Virus record (IMG/VR): IMGVR_UViG_3300025381_000009
Length of the DNA: 64,000 bases
Direction: 5' to 3' (one strand)
DNA from: a virus
Under the pieces are notes generated by a model. That model made no database searches. It was not told the DNA's origin and was given only the letters and a program-made list of their open reading frames with translations. The translations under genes were made by a program, and so were the position numbers. Shown in pieces: positions 46,501 to 54,603 of the stretch; position 1 is the stretch's first letter, and each line of letters starts with the position of its first letter.

Positions 46501-49246
46501 TAAGCTCAATGATAAACTCTTTGCCCGTACCCTTACTCCTTGGCAACTCAGCCGCGGTCTTATCCACAGCAGAGAATAGTTTTGATACTCCTTTGCCAAT
46601 CATCTTGTCCACAATCCCACCGCCTGCAAATCCTTTGGGGCTATCCTTCATCTGGATCTCATGGCGCATCATATCCAAGTCATTAGCAACATGAACCTTA
46701 CGCTTGACCCTTCCACCTTTAGCTAAACCCTGTGGATTATTAGGAGTTACTGTTGGCTGTACAGTAGGAACATCTCCTACTTTGTTACGAAGCTCATCAA
46801 TTTTTCCAAGATTATATAGTTGAGTCTTTAATGGATCACCTTCACCATGTTCTTCTGGATTATTTAATACTTTTTTTATTTCATTAAAATGGTAAGGAAA
46901 TTCTGGATGAATTGATTGCAACGATCTACGCTCAAGCTCATTCATCTCTTGTTGAGTATAAACTGGCTCATTAGTTGAAAACTCTTTGCTAAGAGCATCA
47001 TTAAATTCTCTAGTTGCTTGACGATGAGGTTCAAATGCAGGATGAGTATCTAAAAAATCGTTTGCGTTTTTAACCATTGACTCAATATGAGGAGCAACTT
47101 GTTGGTGTAAAACATTTTCTTCGTCTTTAGTTAAATAATCTGGTACTTTTAAACCAATACTTTCTCCCAATTTTTTTAACTCAGGATGAGTATCAACAAA
47201 TCCAGAGTTCTGTATATCTCCCTTAATAGGAAAGCCAGTAGTACGTTGGAAGTTCTGTACCATTGGAATGTACTTATCTACAGGCTTTTTGTTGCCTTTA
47301 CCTTTAATCTGAACAATGTCGTCTGGCTGTGGTGGAACACCCGCTTCTTTTAACGCTTGAATCGTATGCTCATCTGTCAAATTTTGAATGTCAGGATTGC
47401 GTTGTCTCCATTCACGAACATATTGACCGTATTGTGCTTTTGTACTCTGTGGTAACATGGCAAACGCTTCACCACTAACTGGATATGGATTTGGCTTAGT
47501 TTCAATTGTTACATGAGGCTCACCCTTAGCATCCCTCAAGCTAAATATGCGTGAACGTCCTTCTAATACGTCAGGACAATAGCCACCAACACAGTGACCC
47601 ATTGTGTCGCCTTCATACTGTAGGGCATCAGATAGTTTTTGATATGCATTTTCACTGTGTGTTTTTTCTGTGGCATTTTTTAATGCCTCTTCAGGAGTTG
47701 CGTAAAACAATCCTTTATCGCCAGAGATAATGTCGCCATGTGGCCCTTTAACGAACCAAGGCGTGTTTTGAAAATCCGCCCTATCATCTTTTGTCACCGT
47801 GTAACCTTCGGGTAACTTATATCCCTCTGGCATTTTTTCAGGTGCCAACTCAATCCATTTGTGACCAGATGGGTATTCTTTGACTACGGGCATACTTTCA
47901 GTCTGCTTAATGGCAGTCTCAGCCATCTTCTTAGCCATATCCTCGTTGTACTCATGCGCTCTACGAACCGCTCTATCAATGCTGTAGTTCTTTAGATCTT
48001 CTGGTTGTATTCGACCGTTTGCCAAATCCTCTTTAAGTACATCCATTAAATGATCAAATCCTAAAGTTTCCAAATCAAAAGCATGATGTACTGTATCTTC
48101 TGGATTCTTTTTAAGTAACCAAGGATTTTCATGAACAGGACCAATTTCAGTTTTAACAAAAGGATCTTTTTCTAGTATTTTATTAAATGTTAAACCTTCA
48201 CCACCAAACGGTTTATCACCTGCCACTTCTTTAACTTGGTTCATGTAATGATTTGCCTCTTCCTCATTCTTAAACGATTGAGCAGGCAAAGAACCACCTC
48301 TTACTTGATATCTATTCTCATTTAAATATTCTTTAACCGGGACATTATTAATTGATTTATCAGTTAATTTTTCCCATTTCTTACCAAGTTCTGTAGTAGC
48401 AAATCCTTTCTCTGGTAAATTTGCTTCTCTTCTTTTGTTATAAATAAGTGGCCCAGAAATATGGCTATCATCAATTGGAGCGTGTATTATTCCTTGGTCA
48501 GCCAACTTACGTATTGGGTCGTGCTCAGTACCCATTTCATTTTTAACGTAATTGGTTAGATTTTTGTCAATCCATTTGTTAACGGCAATCTCATTATTGT
48601 GCTCACGCAAACGACGAATCGATCTTTCTTGCAATGGATCAGTTGGGTCTTTTGCCGACTGCTCAAATCCTTCAAAAAGCGATGGACTAATTAATCTGTT
48701 TTCGGACTTCAATCCTTTTAAAAATCCTTCAGGGCTATGATTCAACCAACTACCACCCTTGGGCTTGACAGCGAACATAGCCATCTGTGGCTCAGCAAAT
48801 GAACCAGGCATTAACTTCTGGCCTGTAGCAACCCTGTCTGCAATCTCTTGCCCAACCATCTTGGCGCCTTTTACCGCCGCCTCACCCGCTCCAGGGATAA
48901 CAGCAAAGCTACCACCGAAGTCAGCCATCTTGTTGAGGTTAGAGTTGGGATCTTTGGCTAAGTCAGGTATCAAGCCCTTGATGTCCTCAGAGCCTCCAGG
49001 AATAGTGCCTGGCTCATACCCTTCAAACTTCCTGCGACGGACGTCACGTGCCATGTTATGCAAACCAATGGCTGTGTTAGCCATGTCAACAGGCAATCCT
49101 GCTGTAGTTGCAACAGCACTGCGTCCACCAGAGTAGATCATGTCGAGCAATGCTCTGGCAGGTATGCCCATGCCAATTGCATCTGCTTTGATTTGTTCAA
49201 GTGTCAGGGGTTTGTTTGCTTTAGGATTGGGCATAGCACCTCGCAA
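43538..49246 (-). CDS. Large polyvalent virion protein with PcfJ-like domain and EEIQSDW domain
   Basis: 1,902 aa; YEGDTMGHCVGGY...IFSLRD..G.PHVTIE (PcfJ-like); HF...NVLA.AR..DR...LHVEEIQSDWHQ; GG/MRHE linkers. Likely start ATG 49234. Confidence 0.7.
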   Translation of the reverse strand: MRGAMPNPKANKPLTLEQIKADAIGMGIPARALLDMIYSGGRSAVATTAGLPVDMANTAIGLHNMARDVRRRKFEGYEPGTIPGGSEDIKGLIPDLAKDPNSNLNKMADFGGSFAVIPGAGEAAVKGAKMVGQEIADRVATGQKLMPGSFAEPQMAMFAVKPKGGSWLNHSPEGFLKGLKSENRLISPSLFEGFEQSAKDPTDPLQERSIRRLREHNNEIAVNKWIDKNLTNYVKNEMGTEHDPIRKLADQGIIHAPIDDSHISGPLIYNKRREANLPEKGFATTELGKKWEKLTDKSINNVPVKEYLNENRYQVRGGSLPAQSFKNEEEANHYMNQVKEVAGDKPFGGEGLTFNKILEKDPFVKTEIGPVHENPWLLKKNPEDTVHHAFDLETLGFDHLMDVLKEDLANGRIQPEDLKNYSIDRAVRRAHEYNEDMAKKMAETAIKQTESMPVVKEYPSGHKWIELAPEKMPEGYKLPEGYTVTKDDRADFQNTPWFVKGPHGDIISGDKGLFYATPEEALKNATEKTHSENAYQKLSDALQYEGDTMGHCVGGYCPDVLEGRSRIFSLRDAKGEPHVTIETKPNPYPVSGEAFAMLPQSTKAQYGQYVREWRQRNPDIQNLTDEHTIQALKEAGVPPQPDDIVQIKGKGNKKPVDKYIPMVQNFQRTTGFPIKGDIQNSGFVDTHPELKKLGESIGLKVPDYLTKDEENVLHQQVAPHIESMVKNANDFLDTHPAFEPHRQATREFNDALSKEFSTNEPVYTQQEMNELERRSLQSIHPEFPYHFNEIKKVLNNPEEHGEGDPLKTQLYNLGKIDELRNKVGDVPTVQPTVTPNNPQGLAKGGRVKRKVHVANDLDMMRHEIQMKDSPKGFAGGGIVDKMIGKGVSKLFSAVDKTAAELPRSKGTGKEFIIELSKKPGVKKAELADRNLHEINDLPKMTKDEFQAELAKRPVPKVYKKILSNDAEPLQIIKHNPDSILDDKHWVVDSNGEPVTAHPFPSREDAESHIENHEIDENQTHHEGFKLPGGNNYQEHLYKYEPEGQPPFVANEHHFGAEPNVLASARTVDRRTPDGKKILHVEEIQSDWHQDGRKYGYKDSNPEAKIEQLKELKQTFDDLNKRRRILHEQALREPEAGLKFESLMEEANGITPKLLELNSQMYDLDHLTRQNINAVPDAPFKNNWEHMVSKDLVKHAIDNGYDAIALTPGKEQADRYSLAKQINKLIYVDTASGTGKFGEHLHGEPTAGKLQAFDHRGNKVIDEDINPHELPDYIGKEAASKLLESKPFDVSENSGFDGNRWRELANQDLNIGGEGMKAAYDKRIPNTFNDIGKPYGAEMKLNELPVLNSGKHYANRTIEGDSFNVMDGNDNIISSHPTQQEANIKARELNSTPLHYMEFTPEMKQNVATESLPAYADGGQVKHPGFINPSLKLANGSVTLNPLEFMPNYQRGGKVHVTDDLDMMRHEVHMAGGGSLTNNVLKKVGQFITKAEKVPAVPLSIPRSTPKTLEDIDKIATRVAKQMIGEHVRPENSTKTVNLAGRSMRESERLKGLPYQIQPTGTAQKADAYTPQIGDVNVAIPGDQTISDSILRHAGDIEDINSIQEGGSKYGLGKMSLEHPLFWASGEDPAQMAQDKITRLAGYYEPSRVIGQHLGMGPVANNFAMHLADANLRATDLSKMKPEQMYSFDNIIANGYVKKNAKTGEYEHINFPHWPGIADPESAYKAMQEDPELRKWYNSRMKTPDITSAHGLPNGLDIQWAITEPALRNMEVNLTGLSAGKMVPGAELTDTANHNTYNKGIQGLALQPQTPPAPFEITFPDATQHVRSTKNPTDFTGTIQKVFPHQLVDDQYLNEVGQYNDLIKKYTGQKKGGRVKAKKANKKANVQITDNIEIMRHELSTRG

Positions 49247-49279
49247 TATTACACATGAGTGTACCCTTGCTACACATAC

Positions 49280-49414
49280 TTAATCAACCAAAGGTGGGGC
49301 GAACCACATAAAGCAGTGTTTTCCATTTTCAAATAATGACGATATATCAATAAAAGTACTGGCGCTAACCCAATATTTCGCCCCTTCATGATCATACATC
49401 AGATCATTGAGCAT
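49280..49414 (-). CDS. Possible 44-aa ORF between terL and the polyvalent gene
   Basis: MLNDLMYDHEGAKYWVS...; ATG overlaps terL end; no homology recognised. Confidence 0.3.
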   Translation of the reverse strand: MLNDLMYDHEGAKYWVSASTFIDISSLFENGKHCFMWFAPPLVD

Positions 49415-50885
49415 ATGGATTACCCCTTTGAACTGGATTGGCATCAATTAAATCTTCTGGGTCATAGTCGTCTCTAGGCGGAGGATCTATGTTTAAGAAC
49501 CCTGCATCCCTCAACCACCTAAGAGCCTGTGTGAGCGCATCAACGTAATCATCATGTGTTGCATCAGGAAAAGCACAAATCTGGCTTATGGCGCCTTCTG
49601 CCCAGTCTCTGACGTATCCCTTGTTAACACTAGACTCAGGCACCCAGACTCTTCCTGCCCGTATGATATTGGCCACAATTGAAAGCCTCTGAACCTTATC
49701 TGCTTTACCAGGGTTATAGCTTTCGACAGGAAGTTGAGCACGTTGTAAGTCTTGTATAAGACTGATACCCGCGCTCTTATCCTCTACCAGAATCATTTCT
49801 ATGCGCTTTTTGTCTTTGCCTTCACCATACACCACCTCGAACTCATCCATAACCCTTGGCTTGAGGTCTGGATACTGTAAGCGATCTTGCCACGCATCTA
49901 ATATAAGCACACTCATTGGAGCGTCTAATGGCTTAAACACACCAAATACCAAGCAAGCAGTAGGATCGTTTTGTGACTTGTCTGTATAAGCACAGTCCAA
50001 ACTCATGCAGATAAACTCTAGCTTAGGTAAAGGCATAACATCGCCCTGAGAATTAAACGCAGGCCAGAGCTTGAACCACTTACGCTTAACAATACCTGTT
50101 AATTCAGGATCTAATATCTCAGCCAACACTTCCTGTCTGTAAAGTGCAGAATCAGGGTCATACTGCTCGATTTGTTTCTTAAAGTTAGCCGATAGGTTAT
50201 CAATGTTGGCGTAGGTGGATGCAGTGGTCAGAGATACATCCTGTCCATTTCGACCCACCAACTCGACTATTAAATCTTTAGGCTTAGGCGTTGTCGTACA
50301 CATAAGTTGTGTTTTGTTGCCTAGTCGGATCGAAAAGCTCAGCAGATCCCAAGCTTCTTGGAGGTAATCCCAAGCAGCCAACTCATCGAGCCATCCACCA
50401 TGAAACTGTGGGCCGCGGAACCGCTCAGGCTCCGAGGCGGGGATGCCTTTAATAATAGAGCCGTTGATCAGGGTTATCTCATTATCGTCCTTGAGGTGCT
50501 TTTTAATGAGAATCTGGGGTATGACATTAACCAAGCCAGAGTCACCCATGAAGCAGACGTCTTTTAGGTCTGAGTGCGTTGGAGCGCCAACCAACCATCT
50601 AGTCTTGGGCTTGCTCCATGCTTGCCACCAAAGCCACTCCGCCGCCAGTCTGGTCTTCCCCGCCCCCCGTCCCCCGAGCACTAAAGCAATTGACCAGTCC
50701 CAACTCTCAGGCACTTGGTGAGCATGGGCTATTGATAGCCATTTGATCCTCGATGCGTAGGCAAGTTGATCCTCTGGCGGTAATACAGCAAAGTGAGCCT
50801 TGACCTCTGGAGAGGTAAGTATCTCAATAACCTCGTCAATCTCCTGCGTTTGCACTTTGTTTCTTAAGCATAAGGTGTTCAACAA
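49404..50885 (-). CDS. terL: Terminase large subunit
   Basis: Walker A GGRGAGKT, RFRGPQFH..WLDELAAW, TTTPKP, nuclease D(C)AY...EDKSAG...HDDYVDA; start may be GTG 50855. Confidence 0.95.
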   Translation of the reverse strand: MLNTLCLRNKVQTQEIDEVIEILTSPEVKAHFAVLPPEDQLAYASRIKWLSIAHAHQVPESWDWSIALVLGGRGAGKTRLAAEWLWWQAWSKPKTRWLVGAPTHSDLKDVCFMGDSGLVNVIPQILIKKHLKDDNEITLINGSIIKGIPASEPERFRGPQFHGGWLDELAAWDYLQEAWDLLSFSIRLGNKTQLMCTTTPKPKDLIVELVGRNGQDVSLTTASTYANIDNLSANFKKQIEQYDPDSALYRQEVLAEILDPELTGIVKRKWFKLWPAFNSQGDVMPLPKLEFICMSLDCAYTDKSQNDPTACLVFGVFKPLDAPMSVLILDAWQDRLQYPDLKPRVMDEFEVVYGEGKDKKRIEMILVEDKSAGISLIQDLQRAQLPVESYNPGKADKVQRLSIVANIIRAGRVWVPESSVNKGYVRDWAEGAISQICAFPDATHDDYVDALTQALRWLRDAGFLNIDPPPRDDYDPEDLIDANPVQRGNPYAQ

Positions 50886-51348
50886 CAGTGTTCATTGCGT
50901 CCTTGGCGGTCACAATAATTTCAGACTGCATGGGGTTTTCCCTATCGCCGGCGATTATCGTCCTGTCGCCGTACTTCTTGGGGTTCCACTTAGCTAGGAG
51001 CTTTAGCTTGATCTCAGCCCTCATCTTGACCAGTTGGACATACCCTGGGTCAACCCTTCCTCCACCCTCGGTAAGTATTCTTTCGGGTTCTTGGCTAATC
51101 TCATTGAGGATGTCCTCAGCTATGGCATCCCCTCCTTGATCACGTGCGTGTGCGATGGCTCCCGATAAATTAGGGTCTTTATGCATCCACTCATAGATCT
51201 TCTGCCAGGCAGGCATATGATCATCTCTACATATTTGTCTTAGTGGCTCCCCATTACTTAGCCTTTGACAGATCTCATCTGCTAGTTGAGGCGTGTATTT
51301 TGATGGGCGGCCAATCTTCTTCTTTTGTGGGGCGGTTACGTTATCCAT
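50836..51348 (-). CDS. terS: Terminase small subunit
   Basis: GRPSKYTPQLADEICQRLSNGEPLRQIC..MP, KLLAKWNPKKYGD. Confidence 0.9.
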   Translation of the reverse strand: MDNVTAPQKKKIGRPSKYTPQLADEICQRLSNGEPLRQICRDDHMPAWQKIYEWMHKDPNLSGAIAHARDQGGDAIAEDILNEISQEPERILTEGGGRVDPGYVQLVKMRAEIKLKLLAKWNPKKYGDRTIIAGDRENPMQSEIIVTAKDAMNTVVEHLMLKKQSANAGD

Positions 51349-51388
51349 ATTATTCCAATGTCGAACCTTTGATAATCTTTATTATATT

Positions 51389-51595
51389 CTATCCTGCCAT
51401 TAAACGTCTTTCCATCTGCTTTATAGTGGACTTTAGCTGTGTGTTTTCGGTTTTTAGGGCAATTACTTTGGCGTCCAGATACTTGAGCCTTGAGCTTACA
51501 TAGTCCAAATAATCGCTAACCTCCACAAACGTAGCCTCTGGCTTTGTCGGCTCGTCCATTAACTTTTTTGGCGCCAATTGTTTCTTTGTAACCAT
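51389..51595 (-). CDS. Small coiled-coil protein
   Basis: ORF directly upstream of terS. Confidence 0.6.
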   Translation of the reverse strand: MVTKKQLAPKKLMDEPTKPEATFVEVSDYLDYVSSRLKYLDAKVIALKTENTQLKSTIKQMERRLMAG

Positions 51596-51597
51596 TG

Positions 51598-51621
51598 TTA
51601 ACTTTCAGTTAAAATTTAACA
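51598..51621 (-). promoter_or_regulatory. Extended -10 (TGTTAAATT) followed by perfect TTAACT-N3-AGTTAA palindrome upstream of the packaging operon
   Basis: ttaact-ttc-agttaa at 51598-51612; same geometry as at the MTase promoter. Confidence 0.55.
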
Positions 51622-51793
51622 TTTCGGCCAAATCATCAGAAAATCTTTTGTTAGCAACAAAGTACATAACGGGCTGTTGAGCATCTGGCATATGTAATTT
51701 TACTATAACCGTAGGCTCATTGAGCAAGTTTTGAAAACCTTTTGCTCCAGTTTCAGTCTCAAATATTCCACCAATTACATCTAATTCATTCAT
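51605..51793 (-). CDS. Hypothetical protein
   Basis: Coupled ORF at the end of the mini-gene array. Confidence 0.55.
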   Translation of the reverse strand: MNELDVIGGIFETETGAKGFQNLLNEPTVIVKLHMPDAQQPVMYFVANKRFSDDLAEMLNFN

Positions 51794-52067
51794 TATTTTT
51801 CTCCTTCAATGCCTGTTCTACTGCTTTTATAACGTCAATCAAAGGTCTATGAGCACTTAACTGCCACTCCGCTATTGCTTTCATTTCATCATCAGTCAAC
51901 CCTACCCATTCTCGTGGATTCAATTGATCCGCCATATCCAACATACAACTTAAACAAGTTGGGCAAAATGACATAGGTAAAATTCCAAAATTACCTTGTA
52001 TCCCACCCTCGGCGTCTGTATATTCACACGAACAAGCCGTGCATTTGTGCATTTCTTCTTCAATCAT
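51786..52067 (-). CDS. CxxC/CxxC protein with REWVGLT motif
   Basis: CTACSC, FCPTC, REWVGLTDDE; start at MIEEEMHKC with AAGGA RBS. Confidence 0.65.
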   Translation of the reverse strand: MIEEEMHKCTACSCEYTDAEGGIQGNFGILPMSFCPTCLSCMLDMADQLNPREWVGLTDDEMKAIAEWQLSAHRPLIDVIKAVEQALKEKNNE

Positions 52068-52254
52068 GCGCTTCCTTGTTTGACTTGACTTCAAAGTCAA
52101 ACCACTCGTGTAGCTCGTTGATCACCTCATTAAAAATTGACTCGTTGATATCAGATTCACTAGGGATGGTGTTATGCTTGTATGCTCTTTTATGACCAAG
52201 TATCACCCCATCAAGTACGCACTTTTCGAGCAGTAATGTAAATTTTGGTGTCAT
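52060..52254 (-). CDS. Hypothetical protein
   Basis: ATGA coupling; GHKRAYKH...ELHEWFDFE. Confidence 0.65.
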   Translation of the reverse strand: MTPKFTLLLEKCVLDGVILGHKRAYKHNTIPSESDINESIFNEVINELHEWFDFEVKSNKEAHD

Positions 52255-52598
52255 GTGTTCTTCTCCTTTAACTTAGCTTCTATTTCTTTTGCAAAGTCAT
52301 GTGTCCACGCTCCATAAATGATTCGCCATTCATCACAAATTGGGTTTAAATCTTCCTCAGTCAAGCCTACCCATTCTTTAGTTTGTGGTGTGGTGTAGAG
52401 AGGTTTACAAGATTCATTTATTTTTGTGCAAATCATGTTTCCTTTACTGTCTATCCATCCCACAGGCTCACCATGCTCTTGCTTTTCTGATTCTGTAGTC
52501 GAAGGTACATAATGTGGATAGGGTTCATTTACTAACTCAACGCCTTGCCCAGTCTCATATGCCTTTACAGCTTCTACATTCCATTTTGTCTTAATCAT
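52251..52598 (-). CDS. Hypothetical protein with EPVGW..PLYT.P..EWVGLT motif
   Basis: Shares C-terminal module with 51786..52067. Confidence 0.65.
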   Translation of the reverse strand: MIKTKWNVEAVKAYETGQGVELVNEPYPHYVPSTTESEKQEHGEPVGWIDSKGNMICTKINESCKPLYTTPQTKEWVGLTEEDLNPICDEWRIIYGAWTHDFAKEIEAKLKEKNT

Positions 52599-52707
52599 TT
52601 TTGTCCTTTTGATGTTCTATAAATGCTCTCTTAATAATTTCTATGGCATTATGATATACATCAGCAACTGTAACCATGCACATCACGCCTGTATTTTTAT
52701 AAGTCAT
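52591..52707 (-). CDS. 38-aa cassette ORF missing from the track
   Basis: MTYKNTGVMCMVTVADVYHNAIEIIKRAFIEHQKDKND; GGACAA(G/A)AATGA junction at both ends. Confidence 0.55.
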   Translation of the reverse strand: MTYKNTGVMCMVTVADVYHNAIEIIKRAFIEHQKDKND

Positions 52708-52715
52708 TCTTGTCC

Positions 52716-52982
52716 TCATGGATAGCTTTTATATTCAAAGACAACTTCAACTGGCTCGTAGGTTGCCTCAAAGATGTCAGGCTTGCACGGGTAGTGTTCA
52801 CCCTTTACGCCAGTGATAATCCAGTCGCCAGGTGTGACTATATGCCCACCTTCAATCGTTTCAATCCAACCCCATCCATGTTTTTCTGGGTCGTGATTAA
52901 AAAATTTTTTGACACAATCATGGTCGCCGTCTTTAAACCATTGTTTTGCCTCTATCACCACGGGTTTTTTTCTAAACTTCAT
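52716..52982 (-). CDS. PGDYG-like phage protein
   Basis: MKFRKKPVVIEAKQW ... PGDWIITGVKGEHYPCKPDIFEATYE. Confidence 0.75.
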   Translation of the reverse strand: MKFRKKPVVIEAKQWFKDGDHDCVKKFFNHDPEKHGWGWIETIEGGHIVTPGDWIITGVKGEHYPCKPDIFEATYEPVEVVFEYKSYP

Positions 52983-53209
52983 GCTTGCCCCCTGTTAGCA
53001 ATAATTATTTCCATAGTTTTTCTTTGTGCTTCGTACAAAGGCTTTGCACAATCTTTGCATAGTTGGGCATTTAATCCTTGCCAATGAAATGAAAACATTC
53101 TGTGTGTTTTTGGAAATTCCGTACTTGGGTAATCACTACATTCATAAACTTCTGTATCAAGCGTTTTATTACACCCGTCACAAATGTGTTCGTAGGTTAG
53201 CTTAATCAT
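52979..53209 (-). CDS. Small CxxC...CxxC cassette protein, paralogue of 4831..5058
   Basis: Near-identical sequence by eye. Confidence 0.75.
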   Translation of the reverse strand: MIKLTYEHICDGCNKTLDTEVYECSDYPSTEFPKTHRMFSFHWQGLNAQLCKDCAKPLYEAQRKTMEIIIANRGQA

Positions 53210-53397
53210 TCTTGTCCCCTTGCTTTTATCATTTCATCTGCAAGAGCATAGGCGCTTTTTGCAGTTTCTTTATCATCCAATCCTTCATACAAAATGCTTT
53301 GCATAGCCTTAGCCGCAAAGTAATCCCGTAATGTCATACCTTTAAATGGTTCACCCCATCCATTAAAACCTTCGTTTGGGAATGCTGGTTCATTCAT
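53206..53397 (-). CDS. LRDYFAAKAM family cassette protein
   Basis: Ends KARGQE in the shared junction. Confidence 0.75.
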   Translation of the reverse strand: MNEPAFPNEGFNGWGEPFKGMTLRDYFAAKAMQSILYEGLDDKETAKSAYALADEMIKARGQE

Positions 53398-53585
53398 TCT
53401 TGTCCCCTTGCTCTGATTTTGTCCGCAATAAGTTCAGAATAATTACGCTCTAACCCGTCAGCATATTCGTCAGCAATCTTGGCGCACTCCTCTCGTTCAT
53501 CTTCAACTAAGGCATCAACAATAGTGCGTACCATACCTTCGCTAAAGTGTTCCAAAAGTATTTGTACCGCTGTATCTTTAATCAT
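53394..53585 (-). CDS. EREECAK...IRARGQE family cassette protein
   Basis: Paralogue of 53996..54196. Confidence 0.75.
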   Translation of the reverse strand: MIKDTAVQILLEHFSEGMVRTIVDALVEDEREECAKIADEYADGLERNYSELIADKIRARGQE

Positions 53586-53806
53586 TCTTGTCCCCTTGCT
53601 CTGATGGCGTTTGAATCGCTTGTCAATGAATATGAATCATGTAATTGCCGAAGTACAGCGCAAAACTTCTCACGTTCTTTTTCTGCTATTAGTTTTGCAA
53701 ACTCCATTACATCAAAAATCCATAGTTCATTGTCATAATATTGACTATCAATAATTCCTAGTAAATCAGTTTTTTTAACTAATCTAATTATTTCTTCTTT
53801 AGTCAT
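53582..53806 (-). CDS. ERE...IRARGQE family cassette protein
   Basis: MTKEEII..FAKLIAEKERE; paralogue of 5212..5433. Confidence 0.75.
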   Translation of the reverse strand: MTKEEIIRLVKKTDLLGIIDSQYYDNELWIFDVMEFAKLIAEKEREKFCAVLRQLHDSYSLTSDSNAIRARGQE

Positions 53807-53999
53807 TCTTTTCACCTTTGAACATGTTTTTATCTACCCACTTAAGCTCATCTGATAGCTGTAAAAACTTATCAGGAGCTACAGCCTCCCACTTTATTCC
53901 TAAGCTTGTGTTGGTTATCTTGACAACTCCTACACCAGTAATAAGTGCGCTTGTGAATGCCGAATCAAATATCTCATTCATATCTTTATCTTGCGTCAT
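53799..53999 (-). CDS. Cassette protein
   Basis: Start MTQDKDMNEIF at the junction ATGA. Confidence 0.65.
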   Translation of the reverse strand: MTQDKDMNEIFDSAFTSALITGVGVVKITNTSLGIKWEAVAPDKFLQLSDELKWVDKNMFKGEKND

Positions 54000-54196
54000 T
54001 TTTGCCCCCTTGCACGAATAGCTTGAGCACAAATTAACTCAACCCTTAATGTGTAGTAATCGCTTATGCTATCCATAGCATCACATATCTTTGCACACTC
54101 CTCACGTTCATGCGCCACTAGATTGTCAATAATCGTACGCACCATGCCTTCGGTAAAATATTCGCTCAGTAATTCAATTACTTCATCTTTAGTCAT
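53996..54196 (-). CDS. EREECAK...IRARGQK family cassette protein
   Basis: See 53394..53585. Confidence 0.75.
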   Translation of the reverse strand: MTKDEVIELLSEYFTEGMVRTIIDNLVAHEREECAKICDAMDSISDYYTLRVELICAQAIRARGQK

Positions 54197-54510
54197 TTAC
54201 GCTCCCTAAATCCTGGGCACCTCTGTAACATAAACACAAATGCCTTAGGAACATGATCTTTAGGGTTTGTACTTACCTGAGCTTTGATTGCATTAGAACA
54301 TTGCCACCCATTAGACGACTTTCCTATGTGGGCGCATTCGACACACATAATCATGTCCAGTTCCTCTCTGTCGCGTTTAAGTAGGGTATCTATCAACTCG
54401 TCACAGTTACGCAGTTTGGCGAAGATCTGGTGCCTTTTAGACGCCCTATCAATCTCCTCGTCCGTCATTGCATCTATAGAAAGTTCATTTGCCATCATCT
54501 TCTTTCTCAT
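54193..54510 (-). CDS. Hypothetical Cys-containing protein
   Basis: CVECAH..C...RCPGF; first ORF after the promoter at 54528-54555. Confidence 0.6.
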   Translation of the reverse strand: MRKKMMANELSIDAMTDEEIDRASKRHQIFAKLRNCDELIDTLLKRDREELDMIMCVECAHIGKSSNGWQCSNAIKAQVSTNPKDHVPKAFVFMLQRCPGFRERK

Positions 54511-54527
54511 TTAACGCCCCTAGTGAT

Positions 54528-54555
54528 ACTATAACTATAGTACACACTAAAGCAA
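54528..54555 (-). promoter_or_regulatory. Sigma70-like promoter driving the mini-gene array
   Basis: TTGCTT-16 nt-TATAGT; overlapped by inverted repeat TACTATA-AC-TATAGTA (54527-54542). Confidence 0.6.
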
Positions 54556-54603
54556 ATATAAAAAATACAAATATTAAATCCAAAAAGAATAATAAAGTAT
54601 CAA

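Noticed and set aside
53206-53602. CRISPR-like repeat-spacer array
   Set aside because: Repeats are 19-21 nt coding junctions, the spacers are intact ORFs of ~190 bp and variable length, and no cas genes are present.
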